Origin: Octopus sinensis
Lineage: Eukaryota
DNA length: 64,000 nucleotides
Direction of reading: 5' to 3'
NCBI RefSeq assembly: GCF_006345805.1
Contig: NC_043022.1
Coordinates: 1,302,001-1,366,000, forward strand
In this document: positions 50,067 to 63,228 of the stretch, one piece after another
Position numbering within the stretch: the stretch's first letter is position 1
Layout of the letters: every line of letters begins with the position of its first letter
Notes under the pieces: generated by a model
What the model was told of the DNA's origin: nothing
The model's database searches: none
What the model saw: only the letters and a program-made list of their open reading frames with translations
Made by a program: the position numbers and the translations under genes

Positions 50067-50280
50067 GGCAGCGAGCTGGCAGAAACGTTAGCACTTGGGG
50101 TGAGATGCTTAGTGGAATTTCGTCTGTCTTTAGGTTCTGAGTTCAAATTCTGCCGAGGTTGACTTTGCCTTTCATCCTTTCGGGGTCGATAAATTAAGTA
50201 CCAGCTGCATACTGGGTTTGATCCAATCGACTCCCACCCCCCCACAATTTTGGGCCTTGTGCCTAGAGTAGAAAAGAATA
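50067..50280 (+). mobile_element. SINE family B
   Basis: Family match. Confidence 0.85.
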
Positions 50281-50498
50281 TTAGCGAATGAAACGTGTAA
50301 TGGTGAGTAAATAATGCCAGAACAATTTTCCAGGTTCCCATTTTGTTATGTAATAACTCTGCAAGCAATGTTTCCGGAATGTTCAACTCTGATATGTACC
50401 TCACATCAATGACAACAGCTACAGAACGGATTGTAAGACTGGAATAAGCAGATGAGCTTCAAGAGGACACACCTTGGATTTTAACACTACTTACACTT

Positions 50499-50531
<33 letters not shown>

Positions 50532-50572
50532 TTATATATATATATGTGTATGTGTGTGTGTATATATATATA

Positions 50573-50623
<51 letters not shown>

Positions 50624-51174
50624 GTGATGCTAGTGCTGTGTGGTTGTTGCCAGTACTGCCTGACCGGCCCTTGTGCCAGTGACATGTAAAAAGCGCCCAC
50701 TGCACTCTGAGGGGTTAGCATTATTTTAGGGCATCCAGCTGTAGGAACTTTGCCAGATCAGATTGGAGCCTGGTGCAGCCTCCTGGCTTGCCAGCCCTCA
50801 GTCAGACCGTTCAACCCATGCCAGCATGGAATGCAGGTGTTAAACGATGATGATGATGTGTGTGTGTATACATATATATATATATATATATATAGTGTGA
50901 ATTTACAAAAGACGAAGACGGGTGTGTAAACAACAAATAAATGTATTAGTTTAATGCTTGGGAACTGAGAAAGTCTTTTACGTTTTGAGCCTATGCTCTT
51001 CGAAAGAAAGGAACACAGACATAAACAAGGAGAGAAAAAAGAAACGGGTTTAGTGGCTAGCGATCTATCATGGCGAATGCCGGGCATGTGTGTATACATA
51101 TATGTATGTATACACACACACACACACATTCTATTGGCATTCCAGTTATATAAACATACATGTGTGTATGTATG

Positions 51175-51205
<31 letters not shown>

Positions 51206-51275
51206 GGCGGTGCCCCAGCATGGCCACAGCTCATGAGCTGAAACTAGAATCAATCAATCAATCAATCATATATAT

Positions 51276-51614
51276 GTGGCTTCTGTGCCGGCGGCGGCTT
51301 CCATGCCGGTGGCACGTAAAATGCACGATCCGATCGTGGCCGTTACCAGCCTCACCTGGCCCCCGTGCCGGTGGCACGTAAAAAGCACCATCCGCTCGTG
51401 GCTGTTTGCCAGCCCTATCTGGCACCTGTGCCGGTGGCACGTAAAAAGCACCCACTACACTCATGGAATGGTTGGCGTTAGGAAGGGCATCCAGCCGTAG
51501 AAACATTGCCAGATCAGACTGGGCCTGGTGCAGCCTTCTGGCTTCCCAGACCCCAGTTGAACTGTCCAACCCATGCTAGCATGGAAAGCGGACACTAAAC
51601 GATGATGATGATGA
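51276..51614 (+). mobile_element. RTE 3' UTR fragment with VNTR units and a (GAT)n tail
   Basis: Family match. Confidence 0.88.
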
Positions 51615-51789
51615 TATATATGTATATATCATTATCTTCATTTAACATCTGTTTTCCATGCTGGCATGGGTTGGATGGTTTGACAGGAGGTGGCCAGCTG
51701 GGGAACCGTCTGGGCTCTAATTGCCTGTTTTAGTGTGGTTTCTATCGCTAGATGCCCTTCCTAACGTCAACCATTTTACCGTGTACTGA

Positions 51790-52420
51790 GTGCCTTTTAT
51801 GTGGCCCCATCAGAGGCACTTTTTATGTGGTACCAGCACGGATGCTTTATATGTGGCACCGCCATGGGTGCTTTATGCATGACACCAGCATGGGTGCTCT
51901 GTGTGACACCAGGATGAGTGCTATATGTGTGTGGCTCTGCACTGGTGTTTTATGTGTGACACCAGCACGGGTGCTTTATGCATGGCTCTATCATGGGTGC
52001 TTTATACATGGCAACAGCATAGGTGCTTTATATGTGGCACCAACATGGGTGCTTTATGTGTGACACCAACATGGGTGCTTTATGTGTGACACCAACATAG
52101 GTGCTTTATATGTGGCACCAACATGGGTGCTTTATATGTGGCACCAACATGGGTGCTTTATATGTGGCACCAACATGGGTGCTTTATATGTGGCACCAGC
52201 ACTGATGCTTTATATGTGGCACCAACACGGGTGCTTTATGTGTGACACCAACATGGATGCTTTATATGTGGCACTAGCACGGTGCTTTATGTGTGGCACC
52301 AGCATGAATGCTTTTTATGTGACACCGACCTGGGTGCTTTGTGTGGAACAAGACACAGGCTCCTCTTATGTGACACCAGCAAAAGTACATTTAATATGAC
52401 ACTGGCACTGGTGCTTTTAC
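51790..52420. repeat. 26-bp minisatellite (GTGCTTTATATGTGGCACCAACATGG)n, ~24 units, inside an RTE tail
   Basis: Period of 26 bp at 52101, 52127 and 52153. RTE tail sequence flanks the array. Confidence 0.9.
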
Positions 52421-53016
52421 ATGATGCCTGCAGGACAAGAATCTCTCAGCCTGATGGTCACGATTTGGCTTAGCTTGATGTGTCTTTTCAAGCACAGCAA
52501 ATCGATATGTGTGTGTGTGTGTGTTTGAGATAATCTCCATACCAACCTTCTCGTTATGTCCATCTCTTCTGCTCCCAATAGCTATACACTCCAGCTCCCT
52601 CTGACAAACCACTACATCCAACACTTCCTTCCTAGAACGTTACCTCTTCTCTGAAATTCCATTCCTTCAGACATTGGCTTCACAGTACTTCAAACACCAA
52701 CATTATGTATCTCTCTCGGCCCTCGTTTCCAGGTCATTAGCTGTATTGTTCCTTCGTCATGTTTAAATCTTAAAAGACACAGAAGATAATACAGAGATAA
52801 GTTGAGATAAATGAGAGAGAGAGAGGGAAGGAGATATGAATATATATATATATATAAAAGTTATTGGCAGTGTGAATGTACTTTTCCAGGGAATGTCTCT
52901 AACACCTTGTAAGTGTTCGTCTTAATCTTCTGATATGAATAATGTCATAGTTGGTATCAGTAGTTTAAGTTTCACAGTATCTACATTGCCTCGCTGAAAT
53001 CTCAGTAGTAATACTA

Positions 53017-53702
53017 CACTGGCGAAAATAAATTTAAGACCGATGATAAAAGTTCTATTTCTTACAAAATATTTTGTTACTAACACCATACAAATTATTT
53101 CTATCTTTTACACCTTATGCAGAATTTATTTCTCTTTCGAATGATGCAGACAATAACTATTTTTATACAACTTGAAGAATTCTAATGCTAAATTAATATA
53201 AACGTTTCAAATTTACCGGCAAAATTTGTTTAAGACCATGTAATATGTATGCAAATTTTTTTGCCAAAATGGGTGGTCACACAACTAGACTAACAGCACT
53301 ACATAGTGTTATAATTTAACGTTATTATACAATTGATTAATAATGGGAAAACAACGTAGCCTCAGTTCAGTCACGAGAGCAAAAGTCATTTAATCCACCA
53401 GCAAAAAGTTATCTTTTCGAACATCAGCAAGCAACTAAAGTGCAGTAAAACGACTTGCATGCAAGCATGGAAGTTATACTCAGAGACTGGTCAAATATAA
53501 AGGTAAGTTTGAAACGTTTATATTAATTTAGCATTAGAATTCTTCAAGTTGGATAAAAATAGGTATTGTCTGCATCATTCGAAAGAGAAATAAATTCTGC
53601 ATAAGGTGTAAAAGATAGAAATAATTTGTATGGTGTTAGTAACAAAATATTTTGTAAGAAATAGAACTTTTATCATCGGTCTTAAATTTATTTTCGCCAG
53701 TG
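53017..53702. mobile_element. 686-bp MITE with ~201-bp TIRs and a TA target site (Tc1/mariner-type)
   Basis: TA|CACTGGCGAAAATAAATT...AATTTATTTTCGCCAGTG|TA. Arms 53017-53217 and 53502-53702 are nearly identical. Confidence 0.92.
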
Positions 53703-53780
53703 TATATCTTTACACACACACACGCACACACACACACAAATACATACACATACACATCTATATAGTGATGTAGGTATTGG

Positions 53781-54150
53781 GCACGGTTCCTTGGGCAAGT
53801 GTCTTCTACTAAGGCCTCAGGTCAACCAATGCTGTGTAAGCAGATTTGGTAGATGGAAACTGAAAGAAGCTCATCATGTGTGTGTGCGTGCGTGTGTGTG
53901 TGCGTGTGTGTGTGTGTGTGCGTATTTTTCTGTCTGTCTGTTTGTCCCCCACCACCACTTGACAACTGGTATTGGTGTGTTTACATCCCCATAACTTAGC
54001 AGTTCAGCAAAAGGGACTGATACAATAAGTACTAGATTTAGAAAAGCGGGGGGAAAGAAACAGGTTCTGGGGTTGATTCATTCAGTGAAGAATTCTTCGA
54101 GATAGTGCTCCAGCATGACTGCAGTCTAATCAATGAAACAAGTGAAAGAT
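53781..54150 (+). mobile_element. SINE family A (degenerate)
   Basis: Family match. Confidence 0.7.
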
Positions 54151-54666
54151 ATTGAATCCTTCAGGCCGAAATCTACTGCCTAAGATTGTACCAACAACGA
54201 AAATAAATCTCTGGTAGACTGATTATTTTGGGGGAAAAATTGACTTATTGCGAGGAGTATAGACTTAAAAATACTTTCATTTTGTTTGAAAAGTTTACCC
54301 TGACTTAAGTACTAAGGCAACTTGTGAGCTGGAAAATACAGTAGTAGAAAGAGTAATTAGTGGTGTGCATAATAACAGTGATAATTGCATACTACCACTA
54401 CTGCCACTACTACTAGTAATTGATTCTAATTTAGGCAAAAGGCCAGTAGTTTTTAGGGAAGGGGTTAGTTGATACCATAAATTCCTGTATTTGATTGGTA
54501 CTTCATCATCAGCATCATCATCGTTTAATGTCTACCTTCTATGCTGGCATGGGTCGGATGGTTTCACAGGAGCCGACCAGGTAGAAGACTTCACCAAGCT
54601 TCTTGTGTCTGGTGTGGCACGATTTTTACTGCTGGATGCCCTGCCTAACACCAACTGCCCTGCAGA

Positions 54667-55052
54667 GTGGACTAACCATCCCGCAGATTGGACTAACCAT
54701 CCCGTTGGGTGGACTAACCATCCCGCTGGGTGGACTAACCATCCCGCTGGGTGGACTAACCATCCCGCTGGGTGGACTAGCCATCCTGCTGGGTGGACTA
54801 GCCATCCTGCTGGGTGGACTAGCCATCCTGCTGGGTGGACTAGCCATCCTGCTGGGTGGACTAGCCATCCCGCAGAGTGGACTAGCCATCCTGCTGGGTG
54901 GACTAGCCATCCCGCAGAGTGGACTAGCCATCCTGCAGAGTGGACTAGCCATCCCGCAGAGTGGACTAGCCATCCTGCAGAGTGGACTAGCCATCCTGCA
55001 GAGTGGACTAGCCATCCCGCAGAGTGGACTAACCACCCTGGTGACTGGACTA
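54667..55052. repeat. 21-bp minisatellite (GTGGACTAGCCATCCTGCTGG)n, ~18 units, abutting an RTE tail
   Basis: Period of 21 bp is visible; the array follows CTGGATGCCCTGCCTAACACCAAC. Confidence 0.92.
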
Positions 55053-55059
55053 ATAATTA

Positions 55060-55735
55060 GTCAATAATAATCCTTTCTACTAAAGGTGAAGGCTTGAAAT
55101 TTTAGAAGGGATAGTTGATCACATTGACCCCTGTGCTCTTATTTTATCAATCCTGAAAGGATGAAAGGTAAAGTAGACCTCAGTGGAATTTGAATTCAGA
55201 ATGCAAAGATGGACAAAATACTGCCAAGCTCTTTGTTCAGTGAGCTAAGGATTCTGCCAGCTTGCAGCCTTAATAATAATGATTTCAAATTTTGGTACAA
55301 GGCCAGTAATTTTTGGGGCGGAGGAAAATTGATTACATTAACCCCAGTGTTCAGCAGGTATTTGATTTATCAACCCCCAAAAGGATGAAAGGCAAAGTCG
55401 ACTTCGGTGGAATTTGAACTCAGAATGTACAGACAGACGAAATACTGCTCAGCACTTTGTCCAGTGTACTAACAATTGTCTGCTCACTGCCTTAATAATA
55501 ATAATAATTATTATTTCAAATTTTTGCTACAAGGGCAGCTTGAGGGAGGTGGGGATGAGCCAATTACATTGACCCTAGTTTTCAACGGGTACTTATTTTA
55601 TTGACCCCTCCCCTCGCAAAGGATGAAAGGCAAAGTTGACCTTGGTGGAATTTGAACTCAGAATGTAGCAGTGGACAAAATACCACTAAGCATTTTATGC
55701 AGCATGCTAATGATTCTGCTGGCTTGTCTTAATAA
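55060..55735 (-). mobile_element. three stacked SINE family B copies
   Basis: GATGAAAGG..AAAGT..ACCT..GGTGGAATTTGAA..CAGAATG occurs three times, separated by (TAA)n. Confidence 0.8.
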
Positions 55736-57021
55736 TAACGATGATGAGGATAATAGTAACAACAACAAATACCATATTCTTTAAAATTTTCTGAGCATAT
55801 ATTTTACTTAAATCTGACCAAGTTTTTGTGTTGATTATGAATTTGGAAGAACTTTATAATAAGATTTTAAAAAAGAAAAGAAACTTATGTGAATTCTTGG
55901 CAACTTTTTCCCTCTTTTCAAATTGAAAATTTTAGAAAAATAAATAAGTAAATGAGTGGAAATTTTACCAGCGAGTGTATTAAATAATAAGGCACTAAAA
56001 GAGAAGTACTCTCCACAGACACTACAAAATATGCTTCAACACACAGACTCACATAAAGAATCTTGCAAACCAGGTCCAAAAATGAAATGTTTTCATTGTT
56101 TGTGTTCAACTGCAGGTCAGCTGGTCAGTCTTGGTCAAGCTGACCTGTGATTGAAGGCACTCCTGTTGGAAACCCTCCCTTTTCTTTTTGGGGATATCTA
56201 AGACTACCATATCCAATGAGTTTGTGTTTAAGTCCCTTTGGAGTTTGAGTTGAGGGTGATTTAGCTGCTATTTCTAGCAGGCTGAGTACCCACCTAAACA
56301 CTGTTTTTGGATTTCTCTGATGTCACTCAATTGTCATGTCTCTTTTTTTTTGTGGAATTTCAGCCTTAACTAACTGAACCAAAACTAAAAAAAAATAAAA
56401 CTAAAAATAAAAAAAAAGTAAATAAAAGCATCACCACCACCACCACCACCACCACCATCACCACCGCTAAAACCAGCTGACTGGTGGATGAAGTAAACTA
56501 TTTCATCGACTGTGTTCAGGGACTGAACCTGTGTTCTTCTCCTTCGTGCTTGGTTGAATTCCAGCGCTTTACCAACTAACCCACACTTGATAATCTACTA
56601 CAACACCTACTACTACTACCACCACCACCACTGCTACCACAGTGTATAGGTAGGATTACTATATTTAGTTCTTGGTGGTGGACGATATTAGTGAGGAATT
56701 TTGGGTATTCTCTTTTTTCTACAAGTTTACACTTTCAATGCTTGCTTTTGGTTTAACTGTGTATGTTTGTTTTGACTTTATAATCCTATCTTTGCCCCGT
56801 CCATGTTTATATTCGATGTAGAAGCAAGTGGTTCTTTCAACTGTCCTTGTGTAACCCTTTAGCATTTAACCTGGCCGTGTTCGGCTGGCCCACACCTGGT
56901 CTTCTGCCTGGTCTCACACCTACCTGACACATTGCCTTTCTAAAACTAAGCAATCACATTAGATTCCTCTTACATTAGTATCTCTCTCTCTCGGCTCATC
57001 AACAACCCGCTATTTAGGCAC

Positions 57022-57362
57022 ACTGAAGGGTCATGGTTCAGTGGTTAGAACATTGGTCTCACAATCATGAGGTTGTGAGTTCGATTCATAGACCAAGCTG
57101 CGTGTTGTGTTCTTGAACAAGACACTTTATTTTGTGTTGCCCCAGTTCACTCAGCTGTAGAAATGAGTTGCGATGTCACAGGTGCCAAGCTGTATCAGCC
57201 TTTGCCTTTCTCTTGGATAACATCGATGGCACGGAGAGAGGAATTTGGTATGCATGGGCAACTGCTGGTCTTCCATAAACAACCTTGCCTAGACTTGTGC
57301 CGGGGGGGGGAGGGCAACTTTCTTGGTGTAATCCCATGGTAAGTGTCGTGACCAAAGTGGGA
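57022..57362 (+). mobile_element. SINE family D
   Basis: Family match. Confidence 0.75.
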
Positions 57363-58579
57363 TCTTTTGTTTTCCTTCTATGCACACTAATGTTGCATAT
57401 CCAATGAAGCACACTTACTTAATTTCCTTCTCCAAGTCTTCCACTCTTTCAAGGCTAACATCTTGTGGCCATTAGCATTTCACTTTGCACACAAGCTTCA
57501 TACAATCTGCCCTTTACTCTGAAAGCAAAGCCCTTGTTACCAGCAGAGATAATAGCTTTCCTAACATTCTCCAGCCTGTTTTTACTCTGGCAATTAAACT
57601 TTCAGGACACTTCACTACTTTCAGCTAAATAGGTCACCAAGAGAGCAAAAATTATTATTGTGTTTAGTCATGCACGAATCATACTATTGTATATTCGATT
57701 TTAACTGAAAAAAATTTAAAAATAAAAACTGGGTGACATACACAAAGCAAAGCTAAAACTATGAAAAGAAAAAAATTTGTTCCAACATTTAACTTCAAAT
57801 TAGGAGTATGACTCATGAGTAGATATGGTAACCACTTGTAGGGAGTTGATTGGCATTACAACTCTAATGTAATATGTAAAGGAATCCCAGAAAAGTGGGT
57901 CTTGAGTTTCCAATTCGAGTCCAAATATACATACACATTTTTTGTTCTTGGAATTTCTTGCCGGTTTCTATTCCTTCTTTTTATCATTTTCTTCTTTCCT
58001 GTGATAAAGGATAAAGTTTTCAAACATATAAAACTTCCTTAAACTTTTCTTCATTGCAGCTTGGTATTTTTTGCTATTTCTTTGTGTTTTCACAATGCTT
58101 CTCTTCATACGTGGATACATACAAATGTACATATACAAGCACACACACACAGACACACAAAGCAAAATTGATCTTAGAAAAATAACCCACAACACCCAGT
58201 GCCATGAATTTCAACGACAGACAAGTAAGGGTATATTAAATAACATGCAAAATAAATTCTTGATATACTGACATTATCTGAGATTCTAGAGAGAAGGTAA
58301 AACAATCACCAGGTGACTATGAGGATCAGCTCTGAATGCAAAAGGGAGATAACCATGGGAATAACATTTCCAGAATTCCCATGCCATTATGGTTTTTCCC
58401 TTAACGTCTTGTCATTTCTGGAGAATCCTTGATTCTTGCGATTGTCTCCCCTTCCCATGCAAAGTCGGTCCAAATTATCAGCTGGTGATTGTTTTACCTT
58501 TTCTGGAAAGGAAGAGAATTCCAATAAATCAAGTATTTATCTCATGGCATTTAATATATCTTTCTCAGTGTGTATTATT

Positions 58580-58642
58580 TATGTATATATATATATATAT
58601 ATGTGCGCGTATATATATATATATATATACACATACATACAA

Positions 58643-58673
<31 letters not shown>

Positions 58674-58762
58674 CATACAAATATATGTATATATATATAT
58701 ATATACACATACATACAAATATATGTACATATATATATATATACACATACATACAAATATAT

Positions 58763-58808
<46 letters not shown>

Positions 58809-58915
58809 CACATACATACAAATATATACACATACATACATATATATACACACACATGCATATATATACACGCACACATATACATATATATGTACATGTA
58901 TATGTATACATACAT

Positions 58916-58957
<42 letters not shown>

Positions 58958-58971
58958 TACATGATAGATAC

Positions 58972-59020
<49 letters not shown>

Positions 59021-59048
59021 TTCATAATACATACATACATACATATAT
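58580..59048. repeat. (TA)n/(CATA)n microsatellite
   Basis: Directly visible. Confidence 0.95.
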
Positions 59049-59849
59049 GTTTTCTGAGAATAGGATGCCTTATTTGGTGCTTTTGTAAGAATCTTGTTTT
59101 CATTTGCATTTCGGTTCAGAATGCTTATTTATTTTTATTTTCTGCTTTACAGTCAATGTTGGCGGCAGAAGTGGGAAACTTTTCAAGTTTCTGTTTCTCT
59201 AATTCTTACATTTATTTTAATTACTAATGTATACTGATAAACATTTTTATATTCTTTACTTACTAATTCATAACACATTGTATCTGTGGCCCTGTGATTG
59301 GGGGCTGCTGCCTAAAACATTTGGTGAAAGTGTGGTACCGGCTACCAAGTAGTCCAGAATTGCAAGTAATGACCATACTTTAATTATTTGCTACTGGTAC
59401 TTAATTCATTACCCCTTGCCTTCCAACCCGGTTTCCTTTCCAAATGGGGTGAAAAGGAAATTCAACTCCCAACTGCTTTTGAAATAGGAATCTAGAAAGG
59501 ATGAAAATGAATGTTGTAATATATATACAAGGCTCGAAAATTTTGGGGAAGGGGGCCAGTCGATTAGATCGACTCCAGTATGCAACTCATACCTAATTTA
59601 ATGAACCTGAAAGGATGAAAGGCAAAGTTGACCTCAGCAGGTTTTATATTAAATGAGTTTTAATTTTGGTGCATGACTTCTGGCCCACCCTATATTTAGT
59701 CACACTGCTATTGTTTAGATGTAGGTCAGCTCTGATAGAGCAGACCTGAGATTAAATACATTCTGGCTATGGGGCATCCTGCCTTCTATTCAGACACAAT
59801 GTATCTAAGAGCACATTGTTCAATGTGTCTGTCCATTTTTAAGATGGTA

Positions 59850-60350
59850 GGTTGTGATTTAAAGGGTATTTTGGCTGCTATTTCCAGCAGATTGAGCAGG
59901 AACCTAAAAGTTCTCTCATTGGTTTGTTTAGTGTACCTGACTGCTGTATGTATGAAAGTGTGGCCAAGGACTGTCTCATACATAGTACAGGTGGTAGGTT
60001 TGTGGTTTAAAGGATATTTGGGCTATTATTTCTAGCTGATTGAACAGCGACCTAAAGCCCTCACATTAGCTCGTTTAGTGTCGCTGACTGCTGTATATAT
60101 GAAATTGTGGCCAAGGACTGTCCCATACATTGCACAAACAATTGGTTGTGTTTTAATGGATATTTTGGCTGCTATTTCTAGCAGGTTGAGCAACAACCTA
60201 AAGCTCTCACATTAGCTCGTTTAGTGTACCTGACTGCTGTATATCTGTTACAAATAATTGGTTGTGATTTAAAAGATATTTTCGCTGCTATTTCTAGCCG
60301 ATTGAACAACGACCTAAAAGCCCTCCCCTTAGCTCGTTTAGTTTAGCTGT
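59850..60350. repeat. ~147-bp tandem repeat, four degenerate units
   Basis: GGTTGTGATTTAAAG..ATTTTGGCTGCTATTTCTAGC recurs at ~59850, 59997, 60144 and 60260. Confidence 0.8.
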
Positions 60351-60568
60351 CTGCCGTATATATGCCGGGTCGGTGTGGTCTGGGACTGTACTGCCACAGT
60401 GTACCATGCAGTAAGTTTGCTGGTTGCGATGTTGTGCAACTATTACAGCAACAACAACAGCTGCTGCTGCAGAGAAGATGAAAATCATTATTATGCAATG
60501 GAATTTAGTGCAATACCGACGCAGTGTGGCACCGGTGGAGTAAATGTATTTTAGTATTTCATTTCATT

Positions 60569-60973
60569 ACTCTTTTACTTGTTTCAGTCATTTTGACTGC
60601 GGCCATGCTGGAGCACCGCCTTTAGTCGAGCAAATCAACCCCGGGACTTATTCTTTGTAAGCCCAGTACTTATTCTATCGGTCTCTTTTGCCGAACCGCT
60701 TAGTGACGGGTACGTAAACACACCAGCATCGGTTGTCAAGCAATGCTAGGGGGACAAACACACACACACAAACACACACATACATATATATATACATATA
60801 TACATATATACGACAGGCTTCTTTCAGTTTCCGTCTACCAAATCCACTCACAAGGCATTGGTCGGCCCGGGGCTATAGCGGAAGACACTTGCTCAAGGTG
60901 CCATGCAGTGGGACTGAACCCGGAACCATGTGGTTGGTTAGCAAGCTACTTACCACACAGCCACTCCTGCGCC
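60569..60973 (-). mobile_element. SINE family A, full length
   Basis: Family match. Confidence 0.92.
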
Positions 60974-61096
60974 TTTCTTTTACTCGCCTTTCTTTTCTCA
61001 GGTCTTGGTGGCTTTGTTGTGTTTGATTTTTGCCCTTCATCCATCCCTTCTGGGCAGCCCTGTCCCATAAATTTAGGGATTCCTATCAATGAAAAC

Positions 61097-61405
61097 GAAG
61101 GTGCATGGCTGAGGGGTTAGAGCATCAGGCTCACAATCGTGAGGTAGTGAGATCGATTCCCAGACGGGGCTGTGTGTGTGGTGCTCTTGAGCAAGACACT
61201 TTATTTCACGTTGCCCCAGTTCACTCAGCTGTAAAAATGAGTTGCGACATCACTGGTACCAAGCTGTATCGGTCTTTGCCTTACCCTTGGATAACATCTG
61301 TGGTATGAAGAGGTGAGGCTGGTATGCATGGATGACTGCTGGTCTTCCATGAACAACCTTGTCTGGACTTGTGCCTCGGAGGGTACTTTCTAGGTGCATT
61401 CCCAT
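61097..61405 (+). mobile_element. SINE family D
   Basis: Family match. Confidence 0.8.
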
Positions 61406-61459
61406 GGGGGGGTGGTGGTCTTTACCTTTTTATCAATGAAAATATATTGTTATTACTTA

Positions 61460-62340
61460 TTAGCTGGCAGAATTGTTAGCATGCCGGGCAAAATGCTTAG
61501 CAGCATTTCATGCATAATTACATTCTGAGTTCAAATTTCGTTGAGGTCGACTTTGCCTTTCATCCTTTCGGGGGTCAATAAATTAAGTACCAATTGCGTA
61601 CTGGTGTTGATCAAATTGACTGGCCCCCTCACCAAAAATTTCAGGCCTTGTGCCTATAGTAGAAAGGATTATTATTATTATTATCATTATTATTATTATT
61701 ATTATGAGGTGGCGAGCTGGCAGTATTGTTAGCACCTCGGACGAAATGGTTAGTGGTATTTTGTCTGCCACTACGTTCTGGGTTCAAATTCCGCCAAGGT
61801 CGACTTTGCCTTTCATCCTTTCGGGGTCGATTAAATAAGTACCAGTTACTCACTGGGGTCGATATAATTGACTTAATCCGTTTGTCTGTCCTTGTTTGTA
61901 CCCTCTGGGTTTAGCCCCTTGTGGATAGTAAAGAAATAGGTATTTTGTCTGCCACTGTGTTCCGAGTTCAAATTCCACTGGGGTTGACTTCACCTTTCAT
62001 CCTTTCAGGTTGATCATATAAGTACCAGTTGCGTACTGGGGTTGATCAAATCGACTGACTCCCCCCTCCCCCAAATTTCAGGCCTTGTGCTTATAGTAGA
62101 AAGGATTATTATTATCATCAAGTCGGTGGGCTGCCAGAATCGTTGGTAAACCAGACAAAATGCTTAGCAGCATCTCTTCCAGCTTTTTGTGTTCCGAGTA
62201 GGAATTCCATTGAGGTCAGTTTTTACCTTTCATCCTTTCAGAGCCAGTAAAATAAATACCAGTCAAACACTGGGGGTCGATGTATTCGACTAAACACCTC
62301 TCCTTAGAAATGCTGACCCTGTTTCTAGGTTTCAACAAAT
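61460..62340 (+). mobile_element. four stacked SINE family B copies
   Basis: Copies at ~61460, 61708, 61945 and 62122, separated by (TTA)n. Confidence 0.82.
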
Positions 62341-62658
62341 TATTACTTTAAACCTTTCATTAACCTTTCACCCAGCTGAAACTGCTTCTGGCTCTGAGTA
62401 CAAATGTCATGTTTTCTTAGGTTTTGAATTAAAACCTTCTACCAAACCTTAGTCACAATTTATGTTCCTAACACTAGCTTAATGATAACTAAGTTATTTT
62501 ACTAAATTCTTTATATTTAAAATTAATTAAAAGAAACACAGAACATCTCAACAGAAATATGGTAACAAAAGGGTTTAAGACAGTCAGTCAAAAGTGTCTT
62601 CAATTTGCACAAGATTTGGCTGCTATTTCTAACAAATGAAACAAAATCTGCAAATTAA

Positions 62659-62880
62659 CCCTTTCAATACCAACCCAGCTGAAACCACCTCTGGCTCTGT
62701 TGTACAAATGTCTTGTTTTCAAAAGTTCTGGATTAAAATCTTCCACCAAACCTTAGTCACAATTTGTGTTCCTAACACTAGCTTAATGACAACTAAGTTA
62801 TTTTACTAAATTCTTTGTTATATTTTAAACCGATTGAAAGAAACACAGAGCATTTCAAAATAAATACAGTAATGAAAGGG
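62659..62880. mobile_element. piggyBac-like MITE (family P2), with a second copy at 62364-62573
   Basis: TTAA|CCCTTTC...GAAAGGG|TTAA. Confidence 0.8.
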
Positions 62881-63228
62881 TTAAGAGAACAAACCAAACG
62901 GGTGTGAATGGGACAAGTTCCACACCAGTAACTTGTCTAGTGGAGCTGTAGTTTTGAGTGAAAAAGGATGGTTTTAGTTCTGTTGCATGCAGCCTCCTCC
63001 TGTTTGGGTCCTGCTAGATTTCCTACCCCAATAGAAATAACAGTCAAGTCTCCCTCAAATCATATCTTACTCTTCTTTATATAAAAGGAAAGGGCATATT
63101 AGCTAATTTAGTCGTATGTACTTTTTTCTGAAAGGGGAGGGAGGACCATTGAAAGAACTGGAATACTAAAAAAAAAAACAAGACTTATCCCCTCCACCAG
63201 GCTGGGAGGATGGGCCTTGAACTTCACT

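Noticed and set aside
52500-52750. Possible additional LINE coding relic
   Set aside because: Too degenerate to assign a frame or family by eye.
54491-55067. WTSHPAG-repeat ORFs
   Set aside because: Translations of a 21-bp minisatellite open in several frames on both strands.
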